This document shows, piece after piece, positions 47,073 to 59,500 of a DNA stretch of 64,000 bases. Position 1 is the first letter of the stretch. Each line of letters opens with the position of its first letter. Source of the DNA: Minutocellus sp. GHC0000111 (lineage: Eukaryota); assembly GCA_977018835.1 (NCBI GenBank), contig OZ361260.1, positions 992,001 through 1,056,000 on the forward strand, written 5' to 3'. The position numbers and the translations under genes are program-made. The notes below the pieces were generated by a model that worked only from the letters and a program-made list of their open reading frames with translations, did not search any database and was not told the DNA's origin.

Positions 47073-47623
47073 GATGATGGTTACACACATCAGGACAAGG
47101 ATGTGGATGGAATGGGAGAAGGTGCAACGCTTGATATTTTGGGTATCTCTTGTGTTTTGGGAATTCCTATTGACTGAGCGAGAGGCTCGGCATGCGGACA
47201 AAGACTGCTCACTACTTTTGGCGTGTCAACTGCTACTTCCAAATACACAAGGCGACGCACATAATATGAAAAGTGACATGCATTGGGGGGAGTAGCCTTC
47301 GACGATTTCAGATGCCGAGTCCGAGTTCCGTATGTTATCGTAGTCGGATTTGTCGTCGGTCACGCGACGGCACGGTGTCCGAAGTCAATAGCAATCTGAC
47401 TCTACTTACATGTCATGTACTTAGGCCTACACTTCGCAATAGTAGATCAAGTGCTGTGCGTGGCAACTTCAACGTGCAAAGTGATAAAATAAGTCAGAAT
47501 AGAGGCTGAATTCGTGCTTGCCTTCAAGCTTCAACGTGGCCTGTAGTACCGTGAGTATCTTTCTCGCGAAAGATACCATTGCCTTGGCCGGCGCTTCTGC
47601 ATCGACACTCCCAGCAGCTGAAG

Positions 47624-48211
47624 ATGTCGTCCGAGGAAGTAACTCTCAAATGCAAATGCGGCAAGATCGAGTGCAAGTTCGACGCACCGCCCCGGCTGGT
47701 CTTCAACTGCCACTGCCACTCCTGCGTCGGAGCGATGCGAACAATTGAGGGAAAGGAGGGCTTCGACGGCATCTCCGCCGCAGTGGAAGGAGGCGTCGGT
47801 GGTGCCATCTACAAATCCAACAACGTGTCGGTCGTCAAGGCATCCTCCGATGACATTGGCTTCGTGAAGGTCGGGGAGGCGGGCCAAATGGCGAGGCCAT
47901 ACTGCTCTTCTTGCAGCACCATGGTGTTCAATGTCTTCCTGAAGAACTGGGTCGCTGCGAATCGCAATGCCATCACCAAGCGTGACGGTTCTGCCTTTGT
48001 GCCCGATGGCACCATCAAGAACATCAATTGCAAGTATGCCTTTGATCCCGAAGCCACCCCCGAGCCCAAGCATGGCACTGTCCCCCTGAGCATGCTCATG
48101 AGGTTCATGCCTATTATCATGGGTTTCGGGTGCGATGGAAGCAATTCATCTGAGGCTCTCCTGCCGGAGGATATGGACAAGGTGGAGGTTGTCCCGATCA
48201 CCTGGGAATGA
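47624..48211 (+). CDS. GFA/CENP-V (Mss4-like) zinc-binding protein
   Basis: CKCG...CHCHSC...RPYCSSCST. Confidence 0.8.
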   Translation: MSSEEVTLKCKCGKIECKFDAPPRLVFNCHCHSCVGAMRTIEGKEGFDGISAAVEGGVGGAIYKSNNVSVVKASSDDIGFVKVGEAGQMARPYCSSCSTMVFNVFLKNWVAANRNAITKRDGSAFVPDGTIKNINCKYAFDPEATPEPKHGTVPLSMLMRFMPIIMGFGCDGSNSSEALLPEDMDKVEVVPITWE

Positions 48212-48476
48212 TCTGCCCAGAAAGACACTATTACACATGCACTATTACACATACGTCGTATATTGACATAATTAATATAAATAGAAGATTACATGTATCG
48301 ACACCATGGAATTTGGCTTCTACTAGCTGGCTAGACTACATGTAGAAAGTCTACATGAAGATATCGTACATGCACCGTAGGATAGGAGGGGACTCGCTAT
48401 GTCCTGTTGTTGTCCTCGTGTGCATTTCAAAATGTTAATTCGGTCACGAAGGTGAGAGCCCTGCACGTAAGATCGG

Positions 48477-48930
48477 CTAGTCGTTGCGGCTGACTGGGTG
48501 AGGTCCCACAATGCCTTTGCAGCTTTTATCGCCGTCCTCATTGATCTCTAGGAGTTTGTTTGCGTGTTGGGCAGACATATTCTCGTTGGGATGACGGTCG
48601 TCTCGGAACAGAGCCAAGGCGTCGGCCGAGTCACGTCCTTGCCACACAGCTCTGTCGAAGTCGCACAGGCACAGACTGCGGTCCGATGCGATGACGCGGA
48701 TCTCATCATTGAGGCGCTTCATTGTCTCCATGTGTTTAAGGTTAATGGAGGAGGGAGTGGTCTACAGGTGAATCTGTGTGCTATTGCTCGTCCTGCACCG
48801 GAAAACATCATCCAAACGTCCTTCGATTCTCTCCCGGAAGGCAGAAGAAGATTCTTTTGTGTTCTCAACAAAGCCAGGGACAACATCCCAGCCTCTGGTA
48901 CAAAAACCACGTGCACGGTTTTTCGTTGAT
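48477..48930 (-). pseudogene. SGNH/GDSL-hydrolase-like gene fragment; in-frame TAG at 48762-48764
   Basis: TRGWDV...QIHL*TTP...RLNDEIRVIA...DFDRAVW...RDDRHPN (DxxH motif). The 5' part is not reconstructable. Confidence 0.45.
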
Positions 48931-49537
48931 TTCGAACGAAGCTCCTTGCCGTTTTTGCTCTTTCTTGCGCCGAGTCCTCCTAAGTTGTCAACTTACACCT
49001 GGTCAACCGGTGGTTCGGGGGCGGCCGACACAAGATGTGCGTCGTTTCATCCCATCGCGTGTCTTTGCGAGCCTGCATCGCCAACACTCAAAAAACATGA
49101 AACACAACTTGACTGCATGCTTTGTCCACGTTATTTTTTTCGAAGCAATGAGGCCCTTCTTTTCTTTCGAAACACGTGGCACAACGACGCCGCCTCCAAG
49201 TGAACGTAAGAGGCCTGGTGTAGGCCTACTACGTACCTACTAGGTAGCTACGTAGTAGTACATAGGCCTACTAACGAGGTTCGTACATGAAATCCCGAAA
49301 CAACGCAACGACGTGCGTACGACAGACGAAATCCACAAAACCTCGAAGTGCCACATCAGACGCCGAAAACAATTATTGTCCAATTAGTAAATCCAGTTAC
49401 GGCCAGAACTCTTTCGTCTCTTGCTTCCTGGAAATTCCAGGGAAGTTTTGCAGAATTTTATGCACTGCCCGCAACCTCCAGTTGAACAACCACAAAAAGC
49501 AACAAGCGCCAAGCCAAGCGAAGAATACACACGTAGC

Positions 49538-50560
49538 ATGGTGGCAAGACGACCATCGACCACCCAAGCCCGTCACACTTCCACCGTCCATTCCCTCATG
49601 CCCGGGCTGATCCGCACCCGCAAAGCGCTGGCGACCCGCCGTCGAAGTTCCGGCAATAAGAATCCTACCGGCTTCGGAGGCCGACCCGAACCTGCCTCCG
49701 ACGATGCGGCCACCGACCCCCTCGACGACAGCACGTCGGTCCACCGCCGGATGGACCTGCTGCTGGCCAAGTCGGCTTCCGTCGAGGAGCCGAAATCGGC
49801 ACATGCCGCCGATGGCGACCTCCTCCGCGCATCGACGGCGAGCACGGCCGTCGACGACTCCCTCCGATCCTCGACCGGCGGCGAGTCCGCACTTTCATCA
49901 GTGGCAGAAAAGAAAGTTCCCGAAAAGGAGTCCCGAGTCCTCGTCAAGCATACGGGCGAATCGGCCAGGCTGACCCCGGCACCGACTCCGGCGCCGGCAC
50001 CAGCACCCAAACTGGAGACCTCGACTTCCTCCAGCAGTATTATTTCTGTATGCAGTGCCGGCACATGCACCACCACCGGCACCAGCCGCCGCCGTCCGCT
50101 CAAGTCGGCCATGGCCCGCACATGCGCAGATACAACCACCACCACCGCAACTGCCACCTCCACTCCCAAGCCACCCAAGAAGACCGTCCAATTCTCCCAT
50201 CTCGAGATCCGGACCTACCCGGTAACCCTCGGGGACAATCCGTCGGTGTCGTCCGGACCCCCCCTCACCCTCGACTGGAACTACACCACCACCCACACCT
50301 TTGCCGTCGACACCTACGAGAGCCAGCGCCCCCCCGCTTCCCGCCGCAAGCTGTCCGAGATGGCTCTGCCGCAATCCCTCCGGATCGAGCTGCTGTGCGA
50401 GGATGCCCGCATTAGTCTGCGGACCATCGAGGCGCAGTGCCGGGAGGTGGAGCGGTGCAAGAAGCAGAGGAGGCGGACCGTCGAGAGTTTGAACAGCGCG
50501 TGGCTGTGCCGCGCGGTCAAGAAGATGGCACCGGCGTGTCGATCAAGTCGTCGGGCGTAA
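49538..50560 (+). CDS. Hypothetical protein of the diatom-expanded V.F....IR.Y...LGDNP...GPP..L.W family
   Basis: KKTVQFSHLEIRTYPVTLGDNPSVSSGPPLTLDW...VDTYESQR. Confidence 0.75.
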   Translation: MVARRPSTTQARHTSTVHSLMPGLIRTRKALATRRRSSGNKNPTGFGGRPEPASDDAATDPLDDSTSVHRRMDLLLAKSASVEEPKSAHAADGDLLRASTASTAVDDSLRSSTGGESALSSVAEKKVPEKESRVLVKHTGESARLTPAPTPAPAPAPKLETSTSSSSIISVCSAGTCTTTGTSRRRPLKSAMARTCADTTTTTATATSTPKPPKKTVQFSHLEIRTYPVTLGDNPSVSSGPPLTLDWNYTTTHTFAVDTYESQRPPASRRKLSEMALPQSLRIELLCEDARISLRTIEAQCREVERCKKQRRRTVESLNSAWLCRAVKKMAPACRSSRRA

Positions 50561-51072
50561 GAGAGGGCGCATGCCCATAGGGGAGAGCGAAGATGAGCGA
50601 GGACATCACCCTCGCCGCCTTCAACCTCCAACCCCCAACAGCTATTTTTGTTAGGTGACCCCGCCCACGTCCACACCGTCATGGTCACCAATTTTGATAT
50701 CCCCCACCACCACTCCAACAACCAATTTTGAAGCAAGCTATTTGAAGCTACGCCATTTTTTTTTACCACCCGCATTCCCACAACATTTTCCACCGCACCA
50801 TATCTGTTCATACGAAGAAGAAAAGGGAGACGCATAATAGTAGATGTAACAATACACCATGTGATACTAGAATAAACAGTTTTGATTTGATCCAAGATTT
50901 TCTTCTATATTTACACATTAGACTACGTGCCAGCAGTAAAAAGAACGACAGGGCTTGAAAGAAGAAGGGGAGGGGTGCGAAAAGGGAATTATTGTGGAAG
51001 GTCGGGGATACATTCGCGCGCGACGGCGGCGTCGGTTTGGGGAACTTGATCAGCCTTGAGCAAGCAAGTTTC

Positions 51073-52161
51073 TCAACAGCAATAGATACCTGCCGGTGAG
51101 AAAGATAATTCAGTCTTACGACTTATATACCCAAAGTCCTTCCGTGCCATTTTTAGCTCCTTTGCAGTAAAGTTTCCAAGGTAATACTGATGGTAGAGAC
51201 CGATGAGCATCTTATCGTTGTTTTCCTTTGCTTTCTCGAGTGACGAACACCTCTCGCGATCCTCGCTATTTCTTTCATCGTTCGCATTTTTGTTCGCCCT
51301 CAAAATGCTCTCGAGTTCATCCTTGCTCAATTTTCCCTTGTAGAAGTAACTCCAGAGATGTTTCATTGCTGCCTGATGGCCGCCTTCTGCAGCAATCACC
51401 CAGTGTCGGATGGCAAGATCGTGTTTGTTCCTCTTAAACTCGACCGCTCCGAGACGCAACCGGGCAGGAGTGTTCCCCCCTTTTACCGCCTTTATATAGA
51501 ACTCACGAGCCTTGTCCAAATCTTGTATGACGCCCAACTCCCCCGACTCATAAACATATCCAAGGAACGCCATGGCCTGGGCAGAACCCAATTCGGCGGC
51601 GCGGATATGGAGCTCCAGCGCCTTAGACTCGTCTTTGGGCAGACCATTGGTGCCATCCCGATAACTGTTTGCGATACTAAAATAGGCTTTGCAGTCGTCT
51701 TTCTCCGTTCTTAGGAGAAGTTGCTTTACATATTCATCCTCATCACAATACGGCGTCCTACAAAAAGCACAGGACTCCTCCACCGGCGGCTCCTCCTTCT
51801 TCGCCCTCTTTGAGTTGATGATCCTCACAGCTCGACGACTCTCGTTAACACAGGCTCTGCAAATCAGCATCCCGCAGCAGGGATAGTATATACTTTGATC
51901 GTTCGCTACAGGTAACGGAATCATGCACACTGGACAGTCCTCCGGGGGAGGGCCGGGCTTCCAAAGGTCGGGGTCGTTCGCCACAAGCACATCGGCATTC
52001 GGTCGTGTCTCATTTTCCTTCTTATGCTCCCCTTCGGTTTCCCCGGATACACTCATCGAAGCCACCTCATCAGCCGCCGCAGCCAACGCCGAGGATTCTT
52101 CATCCGCCATTTTGGCGCCAGTGCCTGGCAAGGCAGCAGTATCCGTCGTTTCCTTCGTCAA
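51073..52161 (-). CDS. RING-like zinc finger + Sel1-repeat protein
   Basis: EDCPVCMIPLP...CCGMLICRAC...CAFCR, followed by Sel1 repeats. Start codon reads TTG where the paralog has ATG. Confidence 0.85.
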   Translation of the reverse strand: MTKETTDTAALPGTGAKMADEESSALAAAADEVASMSVSGETEGEHKKENETRPNADVLVANDPDLWKPGPPPEDCPVCMIPLPVANDQSIYYPCCGMLICRACVNESRRAVRIINSKRAKKEEPPVEESCAFCRTPYCDEDEYVKQLLLRTEKDDCKAYFSIANSYRDGTNGLPKDESKALELHIRAAELGSAQAMAFLGYVYESGELGVIQDLDKAREFYIKAVKGGNTPARLRLGAVEFKRNKHDLAIRHWVIAAEGGHQAAMKHLWSYFYKGKLSKDELESILRANKNANDERNSEDRERCSSLEKAKENNDKMLIGLYHQYYLGNFTAKELKMARKDFGYISRKTELSFSPAGIYCC

Positions 52162-52315
52162 TATTGCTTCTCCACTTGACTTGCGGTCGGAAGAAATGAG
52201 ATGAGACTTACTTGAGACTTGCCAAGATTATATGGGGGCATATGGGATTTAGGGGATAAAATGGGGACGAAAACCATATCTTCAGGCAGATGGCTTTATT
52301 GCCGCAAGAGCAACG

Positions 52316-53430
52316 ATGCCCAAGGAACGAAAGGATACCGCGCCGACTGCCCAGGAGGAGGATGCGACAGAAGTGTCTCCACACGCTCATGAGGGTGGTG
52401 GTGAGATTACGGCGGCGGCCGATCAACTTGCGGCAGCGACTCTTGCCGACACGGATGAGGCCGATTCCGGCACGTCGGAAACCCAACAAGACGGAGCATT
52501 AGAACTTCATGACCCTTTGTCGGATCCTGACCTTTGTAAGCCTCATCCGCCGACGGAGGATTGCCCAGTGTGTATGATCCCGATGCCCCTAGAAAATGAG
52601 AAAACAACTTACTGGTCTTGTTGTGGCAAAGTGATATGTGTTGCGTGCGTGCGCGAGAACAAACGAGCTCTGAGAATAACAAATCAAAAGAGGGAAAAGA
52701 AGGAGCTGCCTCCACTAGATAGATCCTGTGCCTTCTGCAGAGAGCAAGATATTCAATGTGGAACAAAAAATGAGGAGCGGTTGAAGAAGAGGTTCGACAA
52801 GGGCGACGTCGAGGCCATGGTCTCGATGGCGCTCTGTTGCTTGGACGGGGCGGAAGGCTTACCGAAAGATGAGGCCAAAGGTATACAGCTGCTGAAAAGA
52901 GCGGCTGACATGGGTTCTGCAAGAGCAATGTACCACCTTGGCTACGACTACATTGAAGGGGATTGTGGTGTTACGAAAGATGAGAAGAAGGGCATGCGCT
53001 ATTTGAAGGACGGAGTTAAGAAGGGCGATGTTTCTTCTCGTCGTATGCTTGCTTCTTTTATGCTGGCGAAGGAAAGTTCCAACTTGCTATTAAACATTTA
53101 CGTCTCGCAGCAGAGGCTGGGCACAGGACTGCAATGAAACAGGTTTGGCAACTTTTTTCAGATGGGAAATTGAGCAAGGCAGATCTTGAGAAAATTTTGC
53201 GACTCCACCATGCGGCCTGCGATGAGATGGACAGCGGTGATCGCCAAAGATCTGATGCTTTTGAAAAAGCATTGGCTGGAAATGATGATCTTCTAAAAGA
53301 CATCTATGGAGGCTATTATGATGGTTTTATTAATTCAAAGCAGTTGGAAAGAGCATTGAAAATGCATCGGAATGGAATCGGGAGGGCAGACATTAAAAAA
53401 TTCTTCACGAAGTGTGGTATTGGTAAATAG
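52316..53430 (+). CDS. RING-like zinc finger + Sel1-repeat protein, divergent paralog (frameshift ~53058)
   Basis: EDCPVCMIPMP...CCGKVICVAC...CAFCR. Adding one T in the run at ~53058 gives FYAGEGKFQLAIKHLRLAAEAGH, joining ORF 53134..53430. Confidence 0.85.
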
Positions 53431-53527
53431 TGTATCAACCTAGCCCGGTACATGTATTAGTTCGGCAATGCCAGAAAGATGAAATTAAGCTCTATAAATT
53501 ACAAATTAGAAGTGCATTTCAACTACA

Positions 53528-56128
53528 TCACGCTCCAGCCACTTGAGTCTCTGCCTTTTTTTCCTCAGCATACTTCTTCGCCTTGTTCTTGGCTTGGACG
53601 TGATGGTACAAATACACCAAGCTCTGGGGAGTGATGCCACTGATCTGCGAGGCATCGGCAAACGTTGCGGGTCGGACGAGATTGAGCTTCTCCAATTCCT
53701 CGCTGCTGAGCGTTGGTAAATTTTCACGGCTGTACTGCATGTCGGGTGGTATCCGTGCTCCCTGGGCCTTCCTCCAGCTGGCCATGTCCTTGTTCTGCCG
53801 GCGGACGTAGGACTTGTACTTGACCGAGGCCTCGACGGTGTCGTAAATGGATGACGGCGAATGTTCCATGACGGCAATGCCCTCGGCTTCCTCCTCGGCG
53901 TCACCGCTGGCTGCCAGCTCTTCTGCTGCCTTGCGCTTCTCGGTCTGAACGTCGCGCATGATGCCTTCGACGGACGAAAGGGTAACATGAGGCATTCCTA
54001 GGACCTCCTCGGCGGACTTCATATCATGCCGTCGCTCCGGCTTGTGTGCCGAGGCACCGCCCATAAGCTCGTTGCCACCCCTCTCGGCCCAGTCGGTAAC
54101 AAACAACCGGAACTTGCGCAGCTCGCCAATGCGATCCTCGATCATACCCTCACGAGCCTCGAGAGCGGCGATGCGCTCCAGATCATTGACCAGTCCAGCA
54201 TCGACGCCCTTTTGGGTCAGACGAAGATCGGCATTGTCGGCACGGAGACTGATGCGATACTCGGCTCGCGAGGTGAACATACGATACGGCTCGTTGGTAC
54301 CACGTGTTACCAGATCATCAATGAGGACACCAATGTAAGCCTCATCTCTGCCAAGGACAAACGGCGCGGCCGTCTCTCCATTCGCCGCAGCGGCAGCCGC
54401 CCGTCCAGCGTTGGCACCGGCAATGACACCCTGGGCGGCCGCCTCCTCGTATCCAGTAGTGCCGCAAATCTGTCCCGCCAAATATAGGCCGCCAATCGTC
54501 TTGGTCTCCAGACAATGTGTCAAACATTGGGGATTGATAAAGTCATACTCGACGTCGTAACCCGGTCGGACAATCTCCACCTTCTCCAAACCGACCATGG
54601 TCCGCATAATCTTGAGCTGAATCTCTTCCGGATACGGTCCCGACATGCCATTGGGATAGACAATGTTGGTGTTGAGACCCTCTGGTTCCAGGAACGAATT
54701 GTGTCCGGTTCGGTCGGGAAAACGCTCCACCTTTTTGTAGATGGAGGGACAATATCTGGGTCCGTTGCCCTTGCCATCGAGGCCATCGTATTCCGGCAGC
54801 ATGTGGGCATAGTCCATGACCAACTTGTGAGTTTCCTCGTTGGTGCACGATTTGTAGCAGTTGATCAGCGTGTTGGCTTCAACTAATGGTGGCTGCTCCC
54901 CACGAAACTGCCGCAGATGCGAGAACGGCACGGCGGGATTCTCGCTGGGCTGGATGGCACACGCGTCCCAATCGATGGTGGTGCCATCGAGCCGGGGTGG
55001 GGTGCCCGTCTTGAGTCTGCCGAGAGGAAACCCAAATCTGGCGAGCGTGTTGGCCAACCCCACCGAGGGAGGCTCGACCTCCTCGGAATCGCGCAGATGA
55101 CGTCCACCACTGTAGCGCTCCTTGCCGATCATGAGTACTCCGCGAAGGAACGTACCGGTGGTAATTACCACGGTCCGTGCCGATATCTCCTTCGTGGTCC
55201 CATCGGGCAAGGTAACTACCACACCCCGAATGCGTGCCCTGCGATGCTGCGCGTTGGCCGCGGCACTGGCCAGATCGGCCATCTTCTTTTCGGCATCGGA
55301 GGCGCTGTCAAATTCTGTGGTGGTGGTATCGACACTGAGTCCGGCCAAGGTTTCAATCCCCTCCCCTTCGTCCAGCAGCAGATCCTCCACGCTGGCCTCG
55401 ACCGTGCTGAGGGTGTCGGCCGTGCCGCTCTCGTCGCTGCCATTCAAAATCAACTCCTGCATGGCGCTCTTGTACAGATCCCGGTCCATCTGTCCCCGCG
55501 GTCCTCTCACGGCGGGTCCCTTGCGTCTATTGAGCATGCGAAAGTGCACCCCCGCCCGATCGGCGGCTTCGCCGATGACTCCGCCCAGGGCATCGACTTC
55601 TTTTACGAGGTGGCCCTTGCCGATCCCGCCGATGGAGGGGTTGCACGACAGCTCGCCGATGGTGTCGATCCGCTGGGTGACCAGGGCGGTCCGGGCGCCG
55701 GTCCGGGCGGCGGCCGTGGCGGCCTCGCAGCCCGCGTGTCCTCCCCCGACGACGATGACGTCGTAGTCGTATTCCGAGTCTGACGAGGTGGAGGTTGAGA
55801 CGGCGTGGAGAGAGGTGGAAAATAGACGGTGGCTAGAAGCAGCGTTGAACAAACGCCGATTATTCGCGCATGCCTTTGCCTGAGTGGCCACCGGCCGAGC
55901 GAGGCGCATCATCGTCGTCATCGTCATGGCCGTCTGCAAGTTCTTCTGCGTCGTTCCAATACTCGCAGCAGAGGAATGCGACGACGGAACGACAAAGGCC
56001 TGTGCCGCGGGCAAAGATACGGCCGCCAAGAATACGAGTGCACGTGCCGTGGAGATCGACGAGGGGGCGGTTCCGTCTCTCCTGCTGCTGGTCCTGGTGG
56101 GCGCTCGACGACGGACCGTCATGGTCAT
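53528..56128 (-). CDS. gidA: Organellar tRNA U34 modification enzyme MnmG/GidA (MTO1)
   Basis: VVGGGHAGCEAA, LSCNPSIGGIGKGHLVKEVDALGG, RLKTGTPPRL, GPRYCPSI, AGQICGTTGYEEAAAQG, EPYRMFTSRAEYR. Confidence 0.95.
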   Translation of the reverse strand: MTMTVRRRAPTRTSSRRDGTAPSSISTARALVFLAAVSLPAAQAFVVPSSHSSAASIGTTQKNLQTAMTMTTMMRLARPVATQAKACANNRRLFNAASSHRLFSTSLHAVSTSTSSDSEYDYDVIVVGGGHAGCEAATAAARTGARTALVTQRIDTIGELSCNPSIGGIGKGHLVKEVDALGGVIGEAADRAGVHFRMLNRRKGPAVRGPRGQMDRDLYKSAMQELILNGSDESGTADTLSTVEASVEDLLLDEGEGIETLAGLSVDTTTTEFDSASDAEKKMADLASAAANAQHRRARIRGVVVTLPDGTTKEISARTVVITTGTFLRGVLMIGKERYSGGRHLRDSEEVEPPSVGLANTLARFGFPLGRLKTGTPPRLDGTTIDWDACAIQPSENPAVPFSHLRQFRGEQPPLVEANTLINCYKSCTNEETHKLVMDYAHMLPEYDGLDGKGNGPRYCPSIYKKVERFPDRTGHNSFLEPEGLNTNIVYPNGMSGPYPEEIQLKIMRTMVGLEKVEIVRPGYDVEYDFINPQCLTHCLETKTIGGLYLAGQICGTTGYEEAAAQGVIAGANAGRAAAAAANGETAAPFVLGRDEAYIGVLIDDLVTRGTNEPYRMFTSRAEYRISLRADNADLRLTQKGVDAGLVNDLERIAALEAREGMIEDRIGELRKFRLFVTDWAERGGNELMGGASAHKPERRHDMKSAEEVLGMPHVTLSSVEGIMRDVQTEKRKAAEELAASGDAEEEAEGIAVMEHSPSSIYDTVEASVKYKSYVRRQNKDMASWRKAQGARIPPDMQYSRENLPTLSSEELEKLNLVRPATFADASQISGITPQSLVYLYHHVQAKNKAKKYAEEKKAETQVAGA

Positions 56129-56545
56129 GGGTTGGCCGCCGTTTCCTTTTGCTTGTGGTGGAGATGGTTGGTGCAGGTCTGACTCTGCTGAATTTACAAA
56201 TGTACCGTACGTACGTCACTTTGTGCGTCAGAAAAACCCGGAGGAATGGAAAAAACCAGCGCATATTGGGACTCGCTCGATCCAATCGCTTGCGTAAGTC
56301 GACCCTTCGCGCGCCATGCAAGTTGAAGGAAGATCGATCGGCGGAAGGCGCCAAGCAACAGCAACTGGCGCCCCCCGCCCATCACTCAAATTATTTGAAC
56401 GGTATCGAGCAAGTTGACCGCCTGCTTGTGTTCCGCTACTCTGCCTTTTTTTGGTAAAAAGCAGCATATCGTTTCAAGTGACGCGAATCAATTGTGCTCG
56501 TTTTAGATTTTAGATTTTGAAAAAAAAAGCAGCACGGAATACACC

Positions 56546-59500
56546 ATGCGCTTCATCGCGGCGGCCCTCACCGTCCTCCTCGTGGCGGAGACCGTCCAGG
56601 CGTTCGTTCCGGCCTCTCCCTCCGTGGTTTCTCTTTCCGCCTTTTCTGCCAGTTCCAGCGCCCTGTCGGCCACGTACAAGCTGGGCGAGAACGATCCCAA
56701 CGACGTCAGCATCCCGTACGATGCCGCCGCCCGTCTGGCCTACGACGAATGGACCCAATCCTACAACAAACCGTACGACGACGCCCGGTACGAAACCTTC
56801 AAGGCCAACTACGAGGCGCTGACCGTGGCCAACGTCAAGGCCGCCAAGGCCGCCCGCGAGGCCGGCAGCGACGAACCCCCCAAGAAGTTGGACCTGAACG
56901 AGTACGCCGACATGACCGCCGAGGAGTACATGGCCATGCAGAACGGGGGGGCGGCCAGCAGTACGGGTGGTACCACCGCCCTCAAGTCCGAGTCCACTGA
57001 AGAGGAAAACAGCACGGGAGATGTGCTGGGCAAGGCCGTCGAGGCCGCCGGACTGCAGAACGATGCCAGCTCCGCGTTGGCCGAGGCGGCCGATGCTCTC
57101 GCCGAGGAGGAGGAGGTGCGTTCATTTGGCTTGACTTTGCGTGCACTTTTGAGGGATGTTGATGGGTAGAGTTGGCTTTGATTTGGTTGGTGGGGAAAGG
57201 AAGTACATGGGCTTAGGCTGATTATGGATCAATGTGGAAGTTGGAAAAGGAGATGAAGGCGAGAAATTGAACTGCAAGGAACGAACGAATTAGCATTGAC
57301 TGCTGCATGTGACTTGTTCGTTCAGGCCTGATGGATGGGTATCCTGGATGCTCATTTGCATTTGCCGGACAATATCTGAAGATCAATTCATGAAGTGATT
57401 TGGTTGGGCCGAATCCATGCATGTTGTGATGTCGAGGTTTTCGTCATTGGCATCACTTATTTCTACTCTGCATCTCAAGCAAGTATCTGACCCATACACA
57501 TCATATCATTTCCTCTTACTTCACTTCACTCCTACATCCCATCACAACAGGCTCTCGCCAAGGCCCTTGGTCTGGAGAGCGTCGAAGAGCTCGAGGTGGC
57601 CCTCGATTCGCTCGAGGGCATCGCCGAGGATGGCGGCGAGCTGGACCCCGAGAATCTGTCCCGCGAGGCCCGCGTCCGTTCGGCCTATCTGGACTGGTGC
57701 AAGGAGTTCGACAAGCAGCCCGACGAGGCCCGCTTCCCCCAATTCTCCTCCAACTACCTGGCCATGGAGGCCTACGCCAACGAGAATGGCAAGGAGATGA
57801 CATTGAACAAGTTTGCCGACTGCACCGAGGAGGAGTACGTTCAGATCACCACCGGCAAGGCTCCCGAGCCCAAGGCTGCCGAGCCGGAGCCCGAGCCGGC
57901 CGCCGCTTCTGCTGCTGCTCCCGTGGAGGAGGCCAAGGTGGAAGACGGCATTGATATCAGCATCCCGTACGATGCTGCTGCCAAGTTGCCGTACGAGTCC
58001 TCGGACAAGTCCATGTCGTTTGATGACTTCAAGGTCGAGTATGAGGCCGAAGCCATTGCATTGGTCAAGTCCAAGCAGGGTGCTCCCGCCCCCGCTCCGG
58101 TGGCCAAGGCACCCGCCCCGGCCGCAAAGAAGGCTGCTCCGGTGGCCAAGAAGCCGGCCCCTGCTCCTGCTAAGAAGGAACCGGAACCCGAGGTGGATAC
58201 CAAGACACGTCGGGCGCAGCAGGAGAAGGCTGCGGAGAAGCTCCGTGCGGACAACGAGGCGGCTGCTATCGCTGCTGTCAAGGCCGCTGCCGAGGCTGAG
58301 GCTGCCCAGATTGCTAAGCGACGTGCTCTCGATGAACAGGCGGCTGAGTTGGAGAGGCAAAAGGCCGCCGAGGCAGCTGAGAAGATTGCCAAGAAGCAGG
58401 CCGAGAGAGGTTCTACTATTGTTATTCCTCGGAGGGAGCCTGTTAAGCCCACTCCGCCCCCTCCTGTTGCCGAGGAGAAGAAGCCTGCTGGAGTTTTGGG
58501 TATGTTTGCCAAGCCTGCTGCTCCCAAGGTTGCTGTCAAGAAGCCCGCTGCTCCCAAGGTTGCTGTCAAGAAGCCCGTCGCTCCTCCTCCTCCTCCCGCT
58601 GCCGCGAAGAAGGAGCCTGCTGCCGGAGGTCTGTTCGGTATGTTTGGCGGAGATGCACCCAAGCCCACTGCTAAGAAGGCCACTCCTCCTCCCAAGGCTC
58701 CTGTGAAGAAGGCTGCTCCTGCTCCTGCCCCCGCCAAGGCCGCTGCTCCCGCGCCCGCTTTCCCCTTCTTCGGAGGAGCTGCCAAGCCCGCTGCTCCCAA
58801 GGAGGCCGCCCCCACCCCTGCGCCAAAGGGTAAGTTGTATCGGTGTCGTTGATACATCTCCTTGATATCGTCGCCTTTTTTGCTTTCATATATCTAATTT
58901 TTGTATACCCCCTACCGGTCGTTCTGATATTGTAGCACCAGTCAAGGCCGTGCCCAAGGTCACTTCGGAGGATCCTGTCACCGATGCATTCTCGGCTTTC
59001 TTTGGTTCCAAAGCCAAGCCTGCCGCAAAGAAGGCTACCCCTCCTCCTCCTGCTCCAGTACCTGCTCCCAAGCCGGTATCTCAAAAGTCTGCTACATTCT
59101 CTCTGTTTGGCAACGCCGCACCGAAGAAGGATGCTGCTCCTGCGCCTGCTCCCGCCAAGGTCGCTCCTGCTGGGCCTACCCCAGCGCAGATTGCCGCTGA
59201 ACGCAAGGCAGCCGCCGAGGCTAAGCGCCAGGAGGCTCTTGCTGCCGCCCAAGCGCGTAAGGTGGAACAGCAGCGAGTGGCCGCCGAGAGAAAGGCTGCC
59301 GCCGAGGCCAAGCGCCAGGAGGCTATCGCTAAGAGGGAGGAACAGGCCCGTATTGCTCAGGAGAAGAGAGCTGCCGCCGCCGCTGCCGCACAGGCCAAGC
59401 GCGAACAGGCTCTCGCTGCCGCAAAGGCTAGAAAGGCCGCTGCTTCTGCTCCTGCCCCCGCTCCTAAGCCCGCGCCAGTCAAGAAGTCGCCTACCTTCTC

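Noticed and set aside
8039..48764. Ciliate-like reassignment of TAA/TAG to Gln
   Set aside because: TAA and TAG end genes at canonical C-termini (SF3A3 ...RQGLL-TAG). In-frame stops are rare relative to CAA/CAG, a TGA case also exists, and frameshifts co-occur.
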